Below, piece after piece: positions 27,023-41,300 of a stretch of DNA of 64,000 nucleotides. Source of the stretch: Ginglymostoma cirratum (lineage: Eukaryota); the NCBI GenBank assembly GCA_024137785.1, contig JAHRHZ010000023.1:35322801-35386800 (forward strand), in the 5' to 3' direction. The position numbers were made by a program, and so were the translations under genes. Below the pieces are notes generated by a model that was not told the origin of the DNA, searched no databases, and worked only from the letters and a program-made list of their open reading frames with translations. The number at the start of each line of letters is the position of its first letter. Position 1 is the stretch's first letter.

Positions 27023-27375
27023 AAGAGAAGAACCCCAAAAGGAAATCCATCATACCAAGTTCTGTAATTATTGGACAAAAACAGCATATCAGTGGTTGTC
27101 ACAAAGATTTCTCAAAATCTGGATATGGCTAAACATTAATGCAATAATGGTTTGAGACTATTAACTTTATTTTCATTAATATTCTGATTATGCTCTGTAA
27201 ATATTAGCTATTCATACAGCTGGTTCAGCAGAAACCATTGACATCTATTTACTTGTGACTGTCAATCAGCTCCAATAAAGTTGGGGAGGGTGCTGCAGGA
27301 AGTTCTGAACCATTTTTTTCTATATTGAAATGAATCTCCCAGTCATTACAAACAGATGCTGGTGGTCAAATTTTC

Positions 27376-27465
27376 CCAGTGTCCACCTGCATGAATCCTC
27401 CAGTGTCCATCTGTACGAAACATGCCCCAGTGTCCACCTTCATGGACCAACCACCAGTGTACCAC
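27376..27465 (+). repeat. Degenerate tandem repeat of CCAGTGT(CCA), 4 units
   Basis: Unit starts at 27376, 27400, 27427 and 27454 (periods 24, 27, 27). Confidence 0.8.
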
Positions 27466-28534
27466 AAAAAGCAAAGGCCCTCGAACTGAACCCTGTTCAA
27501 CTCCACTGGAAACAGTATCCAATCACAAAAAACATCTGTTAGTTTGCTAATGTTTGCACTCAACCAATTTTGGATTAAACACGTCACTTGCCTTTAGAGA
27601 TCACAGGCTCTTACTTTTCTGACCGGTTCGCTGTGTGTAACCTTGTCAAAATCTTTGCTAAAATCCGTGCAGACTATCTCAAACACGGTACCTTCATCAA
27701 CCCCCTTGTTACACTCTCACAAAAACAAATTAACGCTGTTCTGACTCAACATGGTGCCAAATTTGACTCTCTACTACCTAAACTCTTGCTATTTCCCACT
27801 GATATTGACCCTGTCCTGCAGTTTAAATTGGAGAGGTATGCCCCTCTGGAAAGTGCTTTCATGAAGACACTACCAGGAGGAAATGAATCAATCAACCAAT
27901 CAGGATATGAAAGAACCTCAGCATAGTGCTGACCACCTCATTACAAATGTTCTGAATATCTTCCACCTCTCAATAATCTATAAAAAGGTTAATTTTTTTG
28001 ACTCAATAGTAATATCTTCGGGGCACATAGAAGTGGTTGATTAATTCTATTGATAATAGCTTTGCATCAACAGGAGATATTTAGTGAATTATCAATAAAG
28101 ATGATGGATCCCTTTCCAGTTCTATCTTTTCAAGTGGACAGCTATTCATGTTGTACACGTTTGGTGTTTGGGTGTGGATAGCCTCACATTTGTCTCCATA
28201 AATCTGTTTGCTTATTCTCAGCTGATTGTCTGCATTGTTGAATATATCTGCACACTTCCCTTTGTAAGTGCAATGTCGATAGTCTTCTCACCACATTATT
28301 GGGGAAATTAATCCCTCATGCAGCAATTGAGCAGTGTGTTCTAGCCAGCTCCTCGTTAGTCCTGACAGGAGAATTGACCTATCTTGAAGATCCTTATTCA
28401 CATAAGGCTGGCAGTCCCAAAGTAGGAGATCCAGTTTCCCCAGCTGTAGCTTTAGCTGGTTGCAGGTAGTATGCCTGTTATAATCCCAATGTATATGATG
28501 TTATAATAACTGCACACTGCGGGATCATTGGTAT

Positions 28535-28665
28535 CTGAGGAAGAATCATCCTGGACTCGAAACTTTAACTCTGTTGCACAATCCACAGCTGCTGCTTGAC
28601 CTGCTCGGTTTCTCTGGCACTTTGTATTTTTATTTCAGATTTCAAGCATCCAAAAGCATTTTGCT
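28535..28665 (+). mobile_element. Penelope-derived mini-element (single arm)
   Basis: TCTGAGGAAGAATCATCCTGGACTCGAAACTTTAACTC followed by the family body GCTGCTTGACCTGCT...AGCATC. Confidence 0.7.
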
Positions 28666-28754
28666 TTTTATATCTCAATGCGATCAAGTCTTGAGGAGAG
28701 TGTTGGGATGATGGTGGGCTGATGGTTAGGAAGCCTGAAGAAGTTACAAAATGA

Positions 28755-28925
28755 AAGAGCAGATTACTGCAGGAATCTGAACTGAAAACAAAAATTGCTG
28801 GAGATCACAATGGGTCAGGCAGCATCCATGGAGGGAAGAGTAATCTAGACTTGAAACGTTATCTTGCTGTCTGTCCATGGACGCTGCCTGAGCCAATGTG
28901 ATCTCCAGCACTTTTTGTTTTCAAG
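28755..28925. mobile_element. Palindromic Penelope-derived mini-element
   Basis: Inverted arms TGAAAACAAAAATTGCTGGAGATCACAATGGGTCAGGCAGCATCCATGGA / TCCATGGACGCTGCCTGAGCCAATGTGATCTCCAGCACTTTTTGTTTTCA around GAAACGTT. Confidence 0.8.
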
Positions 28926-30669
28926 CCGCAAGGAACCTCGGTTTGCAAGAATCTTGGATTTTGCATATCAGCTGCTGTTGGTCGTGATGAACATGGCTCG
29001 ATTTCCAACCGCGCCAACCTAAATATGACATTTGGAGAGCTATTCATATTGTAGTATGCTGATTAACATTTCAAATGTACCTACTAACTGTACCGGGGCT
29101 GATCCTAATATCAAAAGGGAAACCACTAGGAAACTGAAATGTGTTGAGCAACAATGGATATAAGATTGAAAATCGTTGCCCACCATTTTTTCAGTCTGGG
29201 AGGCCTAAACATTCCTTCCAATTTTCTCCAGCTCTTGGAATTTTATGGAGTTATTATGAGAACCAATTTGGCTGATATATTAAAATTCTATCTAGTATCT
29301 CATAATTAACTATGTTAAAAATCTTAAGGAGAACACATTTATTGCCTTATTAAAACTCAATAAGTTCCTGAAACAAATTTGAATCCTGCCATTCGTAAGA
29401 AGTAGAAAAAGATTAAGTGAAAATTCATTAGTTGTTCATGTGGTGCTGTATTTCATTAAAAGAAACATGTAACATTTATAGGACATCAGAGTGATAACTA
29501 AGATTGTGGTATCAGGAGCTGTCACATTCCCCGTGTTGAAATTGGTTAATGATTTTTAGAGCTCATTGTTTTGCAAGACTGATCTGTTTTGAGTTGTTCG
29601 ACTGCAGATTTTTTTTTTCCCAAGCAGCAGGATTTATTGCCCTACTGACAGATTGAGGGGTGAAATTTATTCACATATCATCATGCAGTATTCTTCATTA
29701 ATTTCATCAAAGAGTGCAGCGCAGGTAGCATTCTGTAGTGTTGCCTACCCCAGGGATCATTACACATCTACATAGCAGTGTGATGTGAACATCTTTCTCC
29801 TCACTGTTGTCCATTTCATGTCTCAGAGTTATAGTTTTGAATACTCCATTCAATTGCTTTGTCTCAAAGACTTAGTAGCAGAAAGTGGATCTTGTGCAAC
29901 TTGATTTTTGCATGGAAAAGTGGGAGCCTGAAGTTATTTCCTGCACCCAAAGACACTTGAATGGCCTTTGACCCTATCAGAAGTTAATTCTACTGGCATC
30001 TGGATAGCCACCTGAAATGAGTGCTTCTCCTTAGTAGGTGAAGGAGAGTAGGGCCATTTTTGGGCTTCAGTAGTATGGAACCTTGTCTGCTCGGGTTTTC
30101 CTGCTGTCAGTCAGTGGCGAACAAATGGTACCTTTTTCAAAAATCATTCATGTGGTACCAGGAGGGGCATGGATGCTTCTTTAATGGATGCAACTCCAGA
30201 ACATCCCTACAGGCACAGAGAGCCTTTCTCATTCTTTTCTCCACCTTCACCACCACCCAACCCTCACCAACATCAACCCTCTCCCCACCTGCTATCCCTC
30301 AGCATACTAAATGATGATGGCCACTGTAGTTGAAACAGTTGGCCAAAATGGATCCTTTAGAACGGCACGTCGCTGCTGGAAGTGTAACAGGCTTCGGCAG
30401 CTTGCTAAAGTTCAGCTGAGTCCTGAGGCCTCAGGAATCGATACCCTTTGCTTCGTATTGAAAGACCTTGAGGCTTATTTTTCTGCATTAACTGTGCTGC
30501 CTAATTGAAAATAATACAAATAGTCACGTAGTGTTGGAGGCCAAGAGAAATGCAGCAAGTTGAGCGAAGCTTTCAGTTAAGGATAAAGTAGATAACCCAA
30601 CCATGACAAGAAGTGACAGAGTACAAATCTAAGGGTAATCAACAAGATCAATAACCAAATTAGGTGAGA

Positions 30670-33312
30670 TAATAAAATGACAAAATTAAAGTGTCTGTAC
30701 TTGGGTGCGGACAGTATTTGAAACAAAACACTTGAAGTGATAGAGAAAATAGAACTAAATAAGTATAATCTGATAGCCATTACGGTGGCTTGGCTGCAGG
30801 ATGACTTAGATTGGGAGCTGAATCTTGAAGTGTCCAGGACATGAAGGAAAAACAGAAAGCTCAGAACAGTTGGCAACGCGGCTATGTTAATTAATGATGA
30901 TATTAGCATAGTAGAGACAGATGAGCAAAGAAAAGTTTTCCAGATTACATTTTCCATATAGTTTCTTAGAACGGCACATTCTGGAGCCAACCAAAGAACA
31001 GGCAATACAGGATTTGGCATGATGGAACGAGATAGGATGAGTTACTGACCTTGTAGTGAAGATGCCCTGAGGTAGCAGCCACTGTATTTTGATTGTATTT
31101 TACATTCGGTCTGAGGGAGAGAAGAGTAGGTCCCAGATTATAATTTCAAACTTAAATCAGGGAAATGCTGATAGCCTGAAAGCAGAGCTAGCTAAAGTGA
31201 ATTGATCAATTTAGTTACGGCATTGGTCAATAGCAATACATTGACAAACATTTAAGGAGATATTTCTGAATGCACAGAAAGCATACAGTCCTATGAGAAA
31301 GAATAAATCCAGGGGAAGAACCCAGCATTCATCCTTAATGAAAAATGTTAAAAAGTGACATCAGACTTAAAGAAAAAAAATCTATCATTATGCAAAGATG
31401 TATGGCAGGCCAGAAGATTAGAAATATTAAAACAACAAAGAAGATTGAAAAGAAAAATGAAAAGAAACATTAGAATACAAGAGAAAGCTGGATAGAAATA
31501 TAAGAACGGATAGTAAGGAAAGAAGGTACCAAAGTGGTTGCTGGCTCAATGGAAAGCAAATAAGGAAAATGAATAATGTAAAATAAGGAGACAGCAGATG
31601 ATTTAAATATGCATTGTAAAGGATACAAACAACATCCCAGAAATAGCTGTAAATCAGTAAATGGATGGGAGAGAGGAGCTCAGAAAATTTCAATCATCAA
31701 GGAAATGATACTAAACAATTTGTAAACTGACAAGTCAGCAGGTCCTGACTGACTGCAGTCTGTAGTCTTAAAAGAAGTGACTAATGAGATAACAAGGTGT
31801 AGAGCTGGATGAACACAGCAGGCCAAGCAGCATCACAGGAGCAGGAAGGCTGACGTTTCAGGCCTAGACCCTTCTCATCCAGCTCTACACCTTGTTACCT
31901 CAGATTCTGCAGCATCTGCAGTTCCTACTATCTCTGCCTAATAAGATAGTTGGTTTTAATTTTCCAAATTCCCTAGGTTCAGGGAATGTTTCAGTCTTAA
32001 AGTTGGGCGGGGGGGTGGGGGGCGGAGTGGGGGAGTGGAGGTGGGAGACAGAAAGCAGGAAACTACAGGCTAGTCGGATAATGTCTGTCATTGGGAAACT
32101 GGAAGAAGCTATTAATAAAAATGTTATAGGAGAGCAATTAGAAAAGTTCAGAATAGTCAGGCTGAGTCGGATTGATTTTGTGAAAGGGAAAATATGCTTA
32201 ACCAATTTATGGGCATTTATGAGGAAGTAAACTTGTGCTGTGGATAAAGGGGAACCATTGGGTGTACTGCACACAGATTTCTCGAAATCATTAGATAAGA
32301 TAACACATCAAAGGTTATTGCAGAATGTAAAAGCTCACGTTGTAGTGGTTAACATATTGTCATGAATAGAAGATTGTCTAACCAGCAAGAAACATTGAAG
32401 AAACATAAATGAATTAGTTTCTGCTTGTTAAAATGTAACAAGTGTTACAATAGTTAGGGAAATAAGTTTTGAAGAAGACATTAGGATGCTACAAATGGAT
32501 ATAGGTAGAACAGGCTCATAGAGTATAATGTGGGAAAATGTGACAGTGACCCTTTCGGCAAGAAGAATAAAAAGGAAGTATTTTATCTAAATGGTGAGCA
32601 ATGCAGGTAGATCTTGGTGTCCTAGTGCATAAATCACAAAAGCTTAGTTTGCAAGTGTAGAAAATTATTTGGAAAATAGAATATTATTGTTTGTTGCAAG
32701 GGAGAATTGAATACAAAGTAGGGAGTAATGCTTCAGTTATAAAGGGCATTGGTGAAACCACTTTTAGGGTACTATGTGCAGAATAGGTCTCCTGCTAGAA
32801 ATGTCCAGGTAATTCTTCTTCTCCCTGATGTGTTGAAGTGAAGTCTTCAAAGAATGTTTACTATATTAATACCTGGAATTGGTAGTTTGTCTTCTGAGGA
32901 AGGTTCAACAGGATAGGCTTGTATCTGCTGGAATTTAGAAGAGTAAAAGTGGATTAATTAGAGACACATAAGATCCTGAGGGTGCTTGACAGCAATGTGG
33001 AAACGATGTTTACTGTTGTGAAAGATTCTAGAACAAATTGTTTACTGTTTAAAAATACAAGATTGCCCATTTAAGAAACAGATAAGGAGAGATTTTCTCT
33101 CTGAAAGTCATGAGTCTTTGGAACTCGTCCTCAAAAGCCTGTGGATACATAGACATACTTTGAAGACTTGCTGGATAGATTCTTATCAGGTAATTGAGTG
33201 TAAGATTACTATGGGAGGTGGGATTGTGTGGTAATCAGATAGCCATGATCTTAGTGAACAGCAAATCAGACTTGAAGAGTTACTCCTACTCCTAATTCTT
33301 GTGTATGTATGT
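30670..33312 (+). mobile_element. Long decayed CR1 LINE (endonuclease to 3' UTR)
   Basis: KLKCLYLGADSI..YNLIAITVAWLQ (APE start, ~30680-30800), DFVKGKICLTNL (RT), LLIPGIGSLSSEE and a CR1 tail at ~33230-33312. Confidence 0.88.
31787..31933. mobile_element. Penelope-derived mini-element with a short inverted arm, nested in CR1
   Basis: GAGATAACAAGGTGTAGAGCTGGATGA ... TCATCCAGCTCTACACCTTGTTACCTC. Flanks CTAATGAGATA / CTAATAAGATA look like a target-site duplication. Confidence 0.82.
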
Positions 33313-36300
33313 ATGAAAGAATAGAAAATATCTAGTAGCTTAAAACATATTTTTAAAAAAAAATTAACAACAGCACTTGTAACAATTTTGCCTCTCCTGA
33401 AACTTAAAAAGTCCCGACTCTGCGCACTAAAATGTAAATCCACTTATTACCAAGAAAATATCTAAACAAATTCAAGCTGGTTTTCATTATTTTCTACTGG
33501 GAGTTTAAGTTTGTTGAAGCATTCAGGCATGATGTGTGCTGAAGGGATTGTGTGGGCTGCATTAAGTTCAAATCCTTTCCCCAAGGAGCTCTTTTCTTAA
33601 CCAGAGTCATGCATGAAATATCTCTTAACCTCTTTTACACATATTGTTCGTTCTCCTTGCTTAACGAAGTTCATTTCCAGCTTGATTTTTTTTCTCCCTC
33701 CCATATCTCTGACATTTTGGAGACCCCAACAGTAAAAAGAATGACTGTGTGTGGCATTCATTGTCAGGTCTTACTTGTACATCATTGCTCTGTTATGATA
33801 CAAGTGGACTCCCACATCTGCTCTTCAATTAAACGCTGGTAGCTGCTGCAGAGAGCCTTCTTCACTACCTGTTTGAAATCTGTCCCACGCAGGGTTTTGC
33901 TTTGTTGCCTCAACTATAACCAGGCTCGCTGAGTATAATTTGTCAGCGCCTCGGAGTAAACTCAGCTCTTCTCCAACAGGACGAGTTCACAGTTTGAACA
34001 AAGGTGGGAAATTACCTGTTGCAGAACGACCACCTTTAATGCTTCAATCAATTTTCCTGTCTGTTGTAGTTCAAGCAATGAAAATTATGCAAAATCGACT
34101 CACTGCTTCAGAACTATTTTCCTGTGTGACCTCTTCTTGACATTTGTAAATGAATATGACCCAAGACTCCAACAAAACCAAAACAGCGAAAAAGTGACAC
34201 AGTAGCATACTGTTTGTTATAAATCCACATAATACGTCATTAAATATAAAAACCTGTGTGATAATCTACATTTTAAAAATCATATTAATTCGTGCATTTC
34301 TATAGATTCAATCAAGCTGTCATTATTCCCAGGTGACAGAAGACTCAGTAAAGGATTTTTTATTCCTACTTCTTGGCCCTGGCTGACTGTACATGTTACC
34401 TGCTCCTCTTTGTTTCCTGTAAAACTGGTGGCTATTAACCCATACTTGAATGTCAGAGAAGTCCTATAGCTGCCAGTCTGCTCGGTGCAAAGCTTGAGAC
34501 TGGTAGCTTTTTATTCAGGGTTTGGGTCCCACATCAGGTATTTATGAAGCCTTCTGGTCCAAGTCTATCATCGTCTTTAACCAGACCTTGGAGAGGTACT
34601 GAGAAAAGTGAGCCTAGGGCATGGTGGAGCCCTGTCTGGGCTTTGATGCCATTTCGGGAGCAAACTTAGCGGAGCAGGACCTCATCACCTTAACTGGTGT
34701 TTCTGTGACCTCAGCAGCTATTGTAAACCGCAGCTTAAGGAACTGCTGCCATAACTTCCTTTTTACCCAGTCCAAATCAAATTTGTTTCCATTAACATTA
34801 CTGGAGAAGAGGTTTGGGTAGGATGTATAACAGCTATCTGATCTCTTGTGTTGCCTGTTTCACGCTACTAATGGAAGTTAAAATAAGCGCTATCCTTTTC
34901 CTCTTGGTGACATTGAAGTAAATGTTTAATTTGCCAATAGATCAGCCTTTGCTTTGTTGCTGCACACAATGCTGGAATTGCTTGTGCAGACAAGAAAAAG
35001 AGACGACAGCTTTATTTTCCTACCGACACAACCTTCTCGTTTGCACTGCTCCAGATTTGAAATTATATGAAGGAGTGAGCTTTTACCACATGAAAATATA
35101 TGTCTGTTCACATAACGGTTGCCATGAAATGTAGCCTGATGGTGCTTATTTTGATATGTTTTTCAGCGTTGGAAATTGAATGCATTTAAGTATTAAGGAC
35201 AAAATGAATTTGCTTTCAACTCGAATGTCTAAGAGCAAGAACATGTTTTGGAAACTTAATTATTTCTGTAACATTTAGTTTTTGAGGTAGAAATTCAGCT
35301 AGTGTAAACCACAGCGAAGGAAGTGCTGCACAGGTGATGCACAGGTGGCATGGGATGGGTCAACCAGTATAGTGAATGCCTGCTATTTAATTCCATTGAC
35401 TGCAGCAGAGCTTAAAATCAGATGCTACAAAAAACGGTACAATGTGATGTTTTGTTCCACTGCCCGATATGAGTTTCTACCCTTGAGTTTTAACTCTAGG
35501 CCATCAAAAAAAAACATGGTTAACTCTTTGCTTTTATTTACTCCTGTTTTCATTGGTAGCTATTAGGATTATTCATAAATGCACACCCTCTAAATGAAAA
35601 AAATTCTTCCAACTTCTATTGTGCACACAGTATCTTACACTTAATATTCTCTCTTTGGTCCTTGTTCTTGACTCCCTCATGAGTAAAAATAGTCAGCTTC
35701 TATCTACCCAATCTAAGCTTCCCAATCTTTCCTGCTTTTTAAAATAGCTTTAAAATGCTGAAAGGATGGGACTTCAATGAATCCGTATAGTCCTATATTT
35801 GCCCCACTTTTCCTGAAATTATAATATAATGTTAGCATTAAAGATGTAGGAATTTGGATAAAAGAACCCAGAAGCATGAGGAATTGGATGAGAGTTGCAA
35901 TTGCCAGCAAAAGCTGTAGGAGAAACCTATGGACTAGATCCTACTTCAGAACCAGTCAATGTCATCCTGAAAGAGGTGACATTTGATGGACTGATCTGTT
36001 GCAGGCAGGCGATTGTTTAATGTTTTTAGACATCACTAAGTTACACAGATCGCTACATCTTCTGCCCAATTGGAACAGCTGAAGAAGACCAGTAGAAAGT
36101 AGGTCACTGTTTCCCCTGCATTGACCTACAGGCTGTACCATTATATGTCAGCCAGAACAAATGATGTGCAGCTCATTTTTGGTGCCCACAGTCCACCATA
36201 GACTCTGAATGACTAGGACAATTACAAAGCAGCATCTGCAGTTCTTTCCGTTTTTATTTACAATTACAAACCTGCTAGATTATCAAAGACTTGATAGAAC

Positions 36301-37954
36301 CCATGTCTATCCATATGATTCAGCATGGAGAGCTGTCTCTTCTATTGATCGAAAAGGGTATAACATAATTAGTGTGCAGCCAGCATGTGAGTGCCATTTG
36401 CTTTGATGGTCAGTCTGCTAACTTTTTCACTTTAAGGCCCTCTGCTCTTCTTCACTTCTTTGAAGAAGTCCATGAAAGAGGGAGCTCATTGCTTCAGCAT
36501 GTTGATTGCCTCCTATTGCTGTGACTGATGAGGCATCTAAAGGATTCCATTGGTGCAATGTTATAATGGAACTCATGCATTCACGGCAGAGACATCAAAA
36601 ACATTTGAACATGAATTTCTAATGCATCGTTGTTGCTTGCTGTGTTGTAAATACATAAGTATTGATAAAAACATCAGAACAATTGGAATACGGACAGGCA
36701 TGAGGAGGAATAGGAGCATATGCTAATACAGCAAGATGAAGCTTCAGAAAGACTGAATTGGATGGTTCTATTAGTTTTATCAGTGCACATTTTAAATTGA
36801 AGCATTGGTAAACCTGCATGTGGAAATGCATGAAAGCTTTGAGACGTGAATTATATAAATAGATAAATCTTGCATTTATTGCAATAAAACAACAAATAAT
36901 TTCTGAATGTCTTTTAAAATCAAAATATTGGGATGAACTTAGTTTTATGTGACCTTACAAAATGGCAGTAGCAAATCAGCAGAACATTTTACAAGTTTCC
37001 TGATTTTTAGTCAATGGTAAAGAAATTTGAGCAGAATGTAAAACATTGTGGCGAATGAAGTAAACAGGGCACACTTCCATTCAAAGTGATTTCAGTTAGA
37101 AATGATTTTCAGTTAGAAATTCTTTACCAATGTAATTTCCTTAATTTAGCAGACCTTCCTGTTGCCAAGTTGGCTGCATCTGCTGTGGAACAAGATTTAA
37201 ATGTACCGATGAGAAAAACTGGAAAAGCTTCTGATTAAACACACTACTGTTTAATTTCGAAATATTCTCCTGGCTGAGATACAATACTGCTTCAAGGCTA
37301 TATCACAAAGTTACCTTTCCAAAATACTTTCGTTTTGAGGCCTCTATCATTGTCGACCCGAAGCTCTTATATTGAGAGCAATATCTGTATGAAATGTGAG
37401 AAGGTGCAGCAGGGTATATTTTGTGCAGTAAAGTACATTCGTTGTGAGGCTAAAAATTTTGGATTTTGCTTCAAAATTTACCCAAAACCCAGTCTGGGAA
37501 GGTATTTTTGACTCTGCTGGCTTCACTAGAACTCATGTTATGTTCTGACAGTTCACATGAAAAGGGCTTACAACGGGACAGAAGTGGAAATATTTCCTGT
37601 TTTTCCTTCTGGGCTGGGAATAATGAGAACAAATGAGACAGTCTGAAAATTCATTTCTGCAGCCTGAAGATTGTGAAATAAGCTTTACTATTGCTGTGCT
37701 ATTTGATACACAGTGTTTGAATTATATTTGAATCTCTGCCAAAATGTTTTCAGATTATAAGTGATTTCTTTCTCGTCTCAACTTCAAATGATATCCCAGC
37801 AGTTCTTCTGAGATAGCTAATGGTTCCACTTAATTTTAGAATGCATAGTTAGAAAATTATCAAAGTGATATTATTCAGCTGTACGTAATTGCACAGGGGA
37901 AGGAAAAAAAGAGGTTTATCCACTATCACTAAGCTTGCTGAGTTCTACTGGCTC

Positions 37955-38357
37955 CCAGTTCAGCAACACCTCAATTTTAAAATATTTTGAAATATCCGTG
38001 TTTTAAAATCCTCTCCCCTCTCTCCTGCCGTTGCTTCACCCATCTCTAACTCTGTAACCTCTTTAGCCAGTCCTGCAATTCCTGCATTCATCCAAATGTA
38101 GCCTCCAAACATTAGCATCTTCTCCCTTCACCCGCCTGCGACCTGAGCTCTGAAGTTTCCCCTCTACATCTTTCTGCCTGTCTCTACCACTCCTCTACCA
38201 TACACTGCTCCTTAAGGCCTACCTCCTTGACCACGCTGTTGATCAATTGTCCTATCCATGTGTGGCTCGATGACAAATTTTATTTGATAATGTTCCTGTG
38301 AAGCACCTTGGGTCATCGTGCTACGTTAAAAGTGCTGAATAAATATGAGTATTTGTC
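37955..38357 (+). mobile_element. L2-type LINE 3' end
   Basis: WLPVQQHLNFKI remnant, and the tail CCTGTGAAGCACCTTGGG..CGTTAAAAGTGCTGAATAAAT. Confidence 0.65.
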
Positions 38358-41300
38358 GTGTGGGGAATGGAAAATTTAAAGCCAAAGTAAATCTCCCACC
38401 CACCCCCCCCACCCCACCTGGTGGATACAGAGATTGTGAAAGGTTAAGGGTGGGAGAGGGGGATTTGATCGCACAAATTCCTGCAATTTTTATTTTATTG
38501 AGTTCTAGCTTGGGAAAGCAGCCTATTTAAATGTAAGTGTAGTATTCTTCGATATGCACATGCCATTTTAACTGTAGGCCATTTCAATTCCGTAAAAGTT
38601 CAATCAAAGTGGAGGCTTTCAAGGAGCATTTTAAAGCGAGAAGATAATTTAGTGAGGGAATGGTTAAGGGTAGGGTTAAAAGGTAGCAGTCACTGGTAAA
38701 GCTTTGGAAGAATGCAAAGATCTCACAGAGAAGGTTACAGAGGCAAAGAGGGGACAAGCAATGGAGAGATCTGAAAATAAACAAAACAGGAGAGTTTTCA
38801 AATTGCTGTGTTGCTAAATCAGGAGATTTTATAACTCGGGGAGAAAGGGTTAATGGGCAAAGCTTCTCGCCGTGAAATTACACACAGCTGAGTCATGCAA
38901 CTTTGATCATTTCTGAATCTGTACTTGGACAATTAAATGAAAACATGAGCCATCCCAGAAGGACTGCTGCAGTATCATTTCAAGTTGGTTTAGAAAGAAG
39001 TCACTTACATTATTGACACATTTTGGCAGAAGCTCAAGTAGAACGGCCACAGCTGACACAACTAATTGTGTTTTACTTTGAAGTTAACTTCTGGGGTTTT
39101 CAGGAACAAAAAAAAAATCCTGGCCCCACAGGGATACCTCTCGCCTTCCTCCCCTGTGTGCTGATTTGCTGATCCCACACACTGAATACCCATTTGAGTG
39201 AAAATTGAGCGTCTGATCTTTTTTGAATAAAATGTTGTGATATTGATTCTGCTGTTCAGTGAGACTGGAAATGGTTAACTGCAGCAATAATTTTTATTCA
39301 TTTACCTATGGAGATTGCATTGGTTCCAGATACTGACAGAAAAAAGCCCACTATATCGACAACTTTGATGTAATTCAGTACTTTATTCGTAAAATGTGCC
39401 TGAGATTCCATGATGTATGGAATGATAATCAGTAGATGCAGTATTGACAAAGAAAAAAATGCCTTCTTGTGAATATAGCCTGAACACACAGGGCAGATCT
39501 TATAAACTAGTGCCCCCTTGTATAGCTTTGTGTCTTGGGACTGGAACACAGTCATCAATGCACCCTGCTCAGTTATTAGTTGTCTATTTTAATAGGTGGG
39601 AAGTTGTCTTAGCACTGACCTCCATGTCAGAAATCCTGACGAATGCTGTTATCATGCTCAGCTCTGTGCTGGAAATACTGGTTTTTGAAATGTACTTGAA
39701 GTACAGGTGAACAACGCCTGCCCAGATTGCAATGCATTCAAAATTTGAGAAAATGTTAACAACATCATACATTCCTCCCCTCATTTTTGTGCACCACTCA
39801 TTCACTTCTTTAAATTCATCCTGTCATGTCTTGTTCCTTCCTTAAAATGGTTAGTTAGCTGTTGCACTCAGGAAACCTTTCTGAGCCTTCTGTCATTGTT
39901 AAGGTATACTTCACTATCAAAGGTCCTAAAATGGTAAAGATCTTTTTTGTTTTCAATTTTGTTCTCTCTTTTAGCACGAAAGCTTGGGGCATTACACAGC
40001 AGAGAAAATTAACTCCCTTTCAATTGAGGGTGGTGTATTGAAGTGATCAGCAGGTCTGTGGCTCAAAGCCATAGCCAAGTTGATGGAATATAGGCAGACT
40101 CTTCACTCTTGCTGCTGTGTCACCCCAGACAATTCTGCCTTCTGGAAATTACTGTAGTATGTTTTCCTGACACATAAAGAGACACATGGGGTTGTTCTAA
40201 GTTTGTGCAGAAATATTAAAATGATAAATCATATTATCATGGGAAGACATTATGAGTAAATTATTATGATTTGTACGGCAATGCCAAATCAAGGCAGCCA
40301 GATCGTAAGTATTTTGATAGGCATTGCTTGAGAGAGAGAATTTGCACAGAAACTGATTCCTTGCTGTTGTTATTGACATCATCCACAATGTTGCAGGAAG
40401 AGCAAGCCATTCAGTGATAAAAAATGTTATGACCGCTTCTCATTTTTGGCTGACAGATTTAACTAGCCAAGATGGCCAACACATCACATCTATCTGACAA
40501 ATAATTAACCTTTTAAACTTCCCCTGAATGAGAAGTCGCATTGACCTTGTACAGGAATGGATGTAGGTGCCGCTGGTAAACCCCTACGATTAACATTTTT
40601 TTCAACTATTCACCTGTCTATTTGGTGATTTCTTTAATCTACAGGTCTGTGGAGATGAAATGCCTGAAAGAGGAGTAAAGAAATATTTAGAATTGGTTCA
40701 CTTAATTGTCAGATGTTGCATTTCATTCTTGTATTCCATTTTTGCCAATATGAGAAAAGTAGTGAAGATGCCATAGCTGTAGAAGGCCTCCTTATCTGAA
40801 TAGCTTTAGTGAAGATAAGGAAAAGTGATGAGGACAGCCAAGACCTGTGTTTGAAATCTTGGGCTATTTTTACTTGTATATGACTTGGACATGTGGACGT
40901 AGGGACTGCAGAGCCTGAATGGGGAAGGGGCTTTTCTTAACACGAGAGGGGCATCGTTTGATTGTACATGCAGAACTCTCTACGATTAATAAGATTGCCA
41001 TAACTACAGAGAAATCAACAACCTGCTTGCTTCATCATTCCTCACGAAAGACACCAAGTGAATACGAGGATGACGTTAGGAAAAATTGAGAAGGCAAAAC
41101 AAGGTTGCAGAAATAGTAATAGAGGCGAACCACAGATGATGAATGTAAACACTTTAACACCAGTTGAATATTCCAGTCAAAGTGAGTGTTGCTTTTTGGG
41201 ACCACGTTGTTCAGCAGAAGGATAAGAAAGTTTTATTTTCATGAATGTAACAGAATAAATGCCAATCTCACCCTACTTTCCGTCACCTCTGCATTCTTTA

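Noticed and set aside
32003-32045. G-run cluster (possible G-quadruplex)
   Set aside because: It lies in a variable spot of a decayed CR1, with no evidence of function.
33894-33932. Alternative frame VLLCCLNYNQAR resembling mammalian VLLCQANQ
   Set aside because: Wrong phase for the acceptor and it ends in TGA; probably chance similarity.
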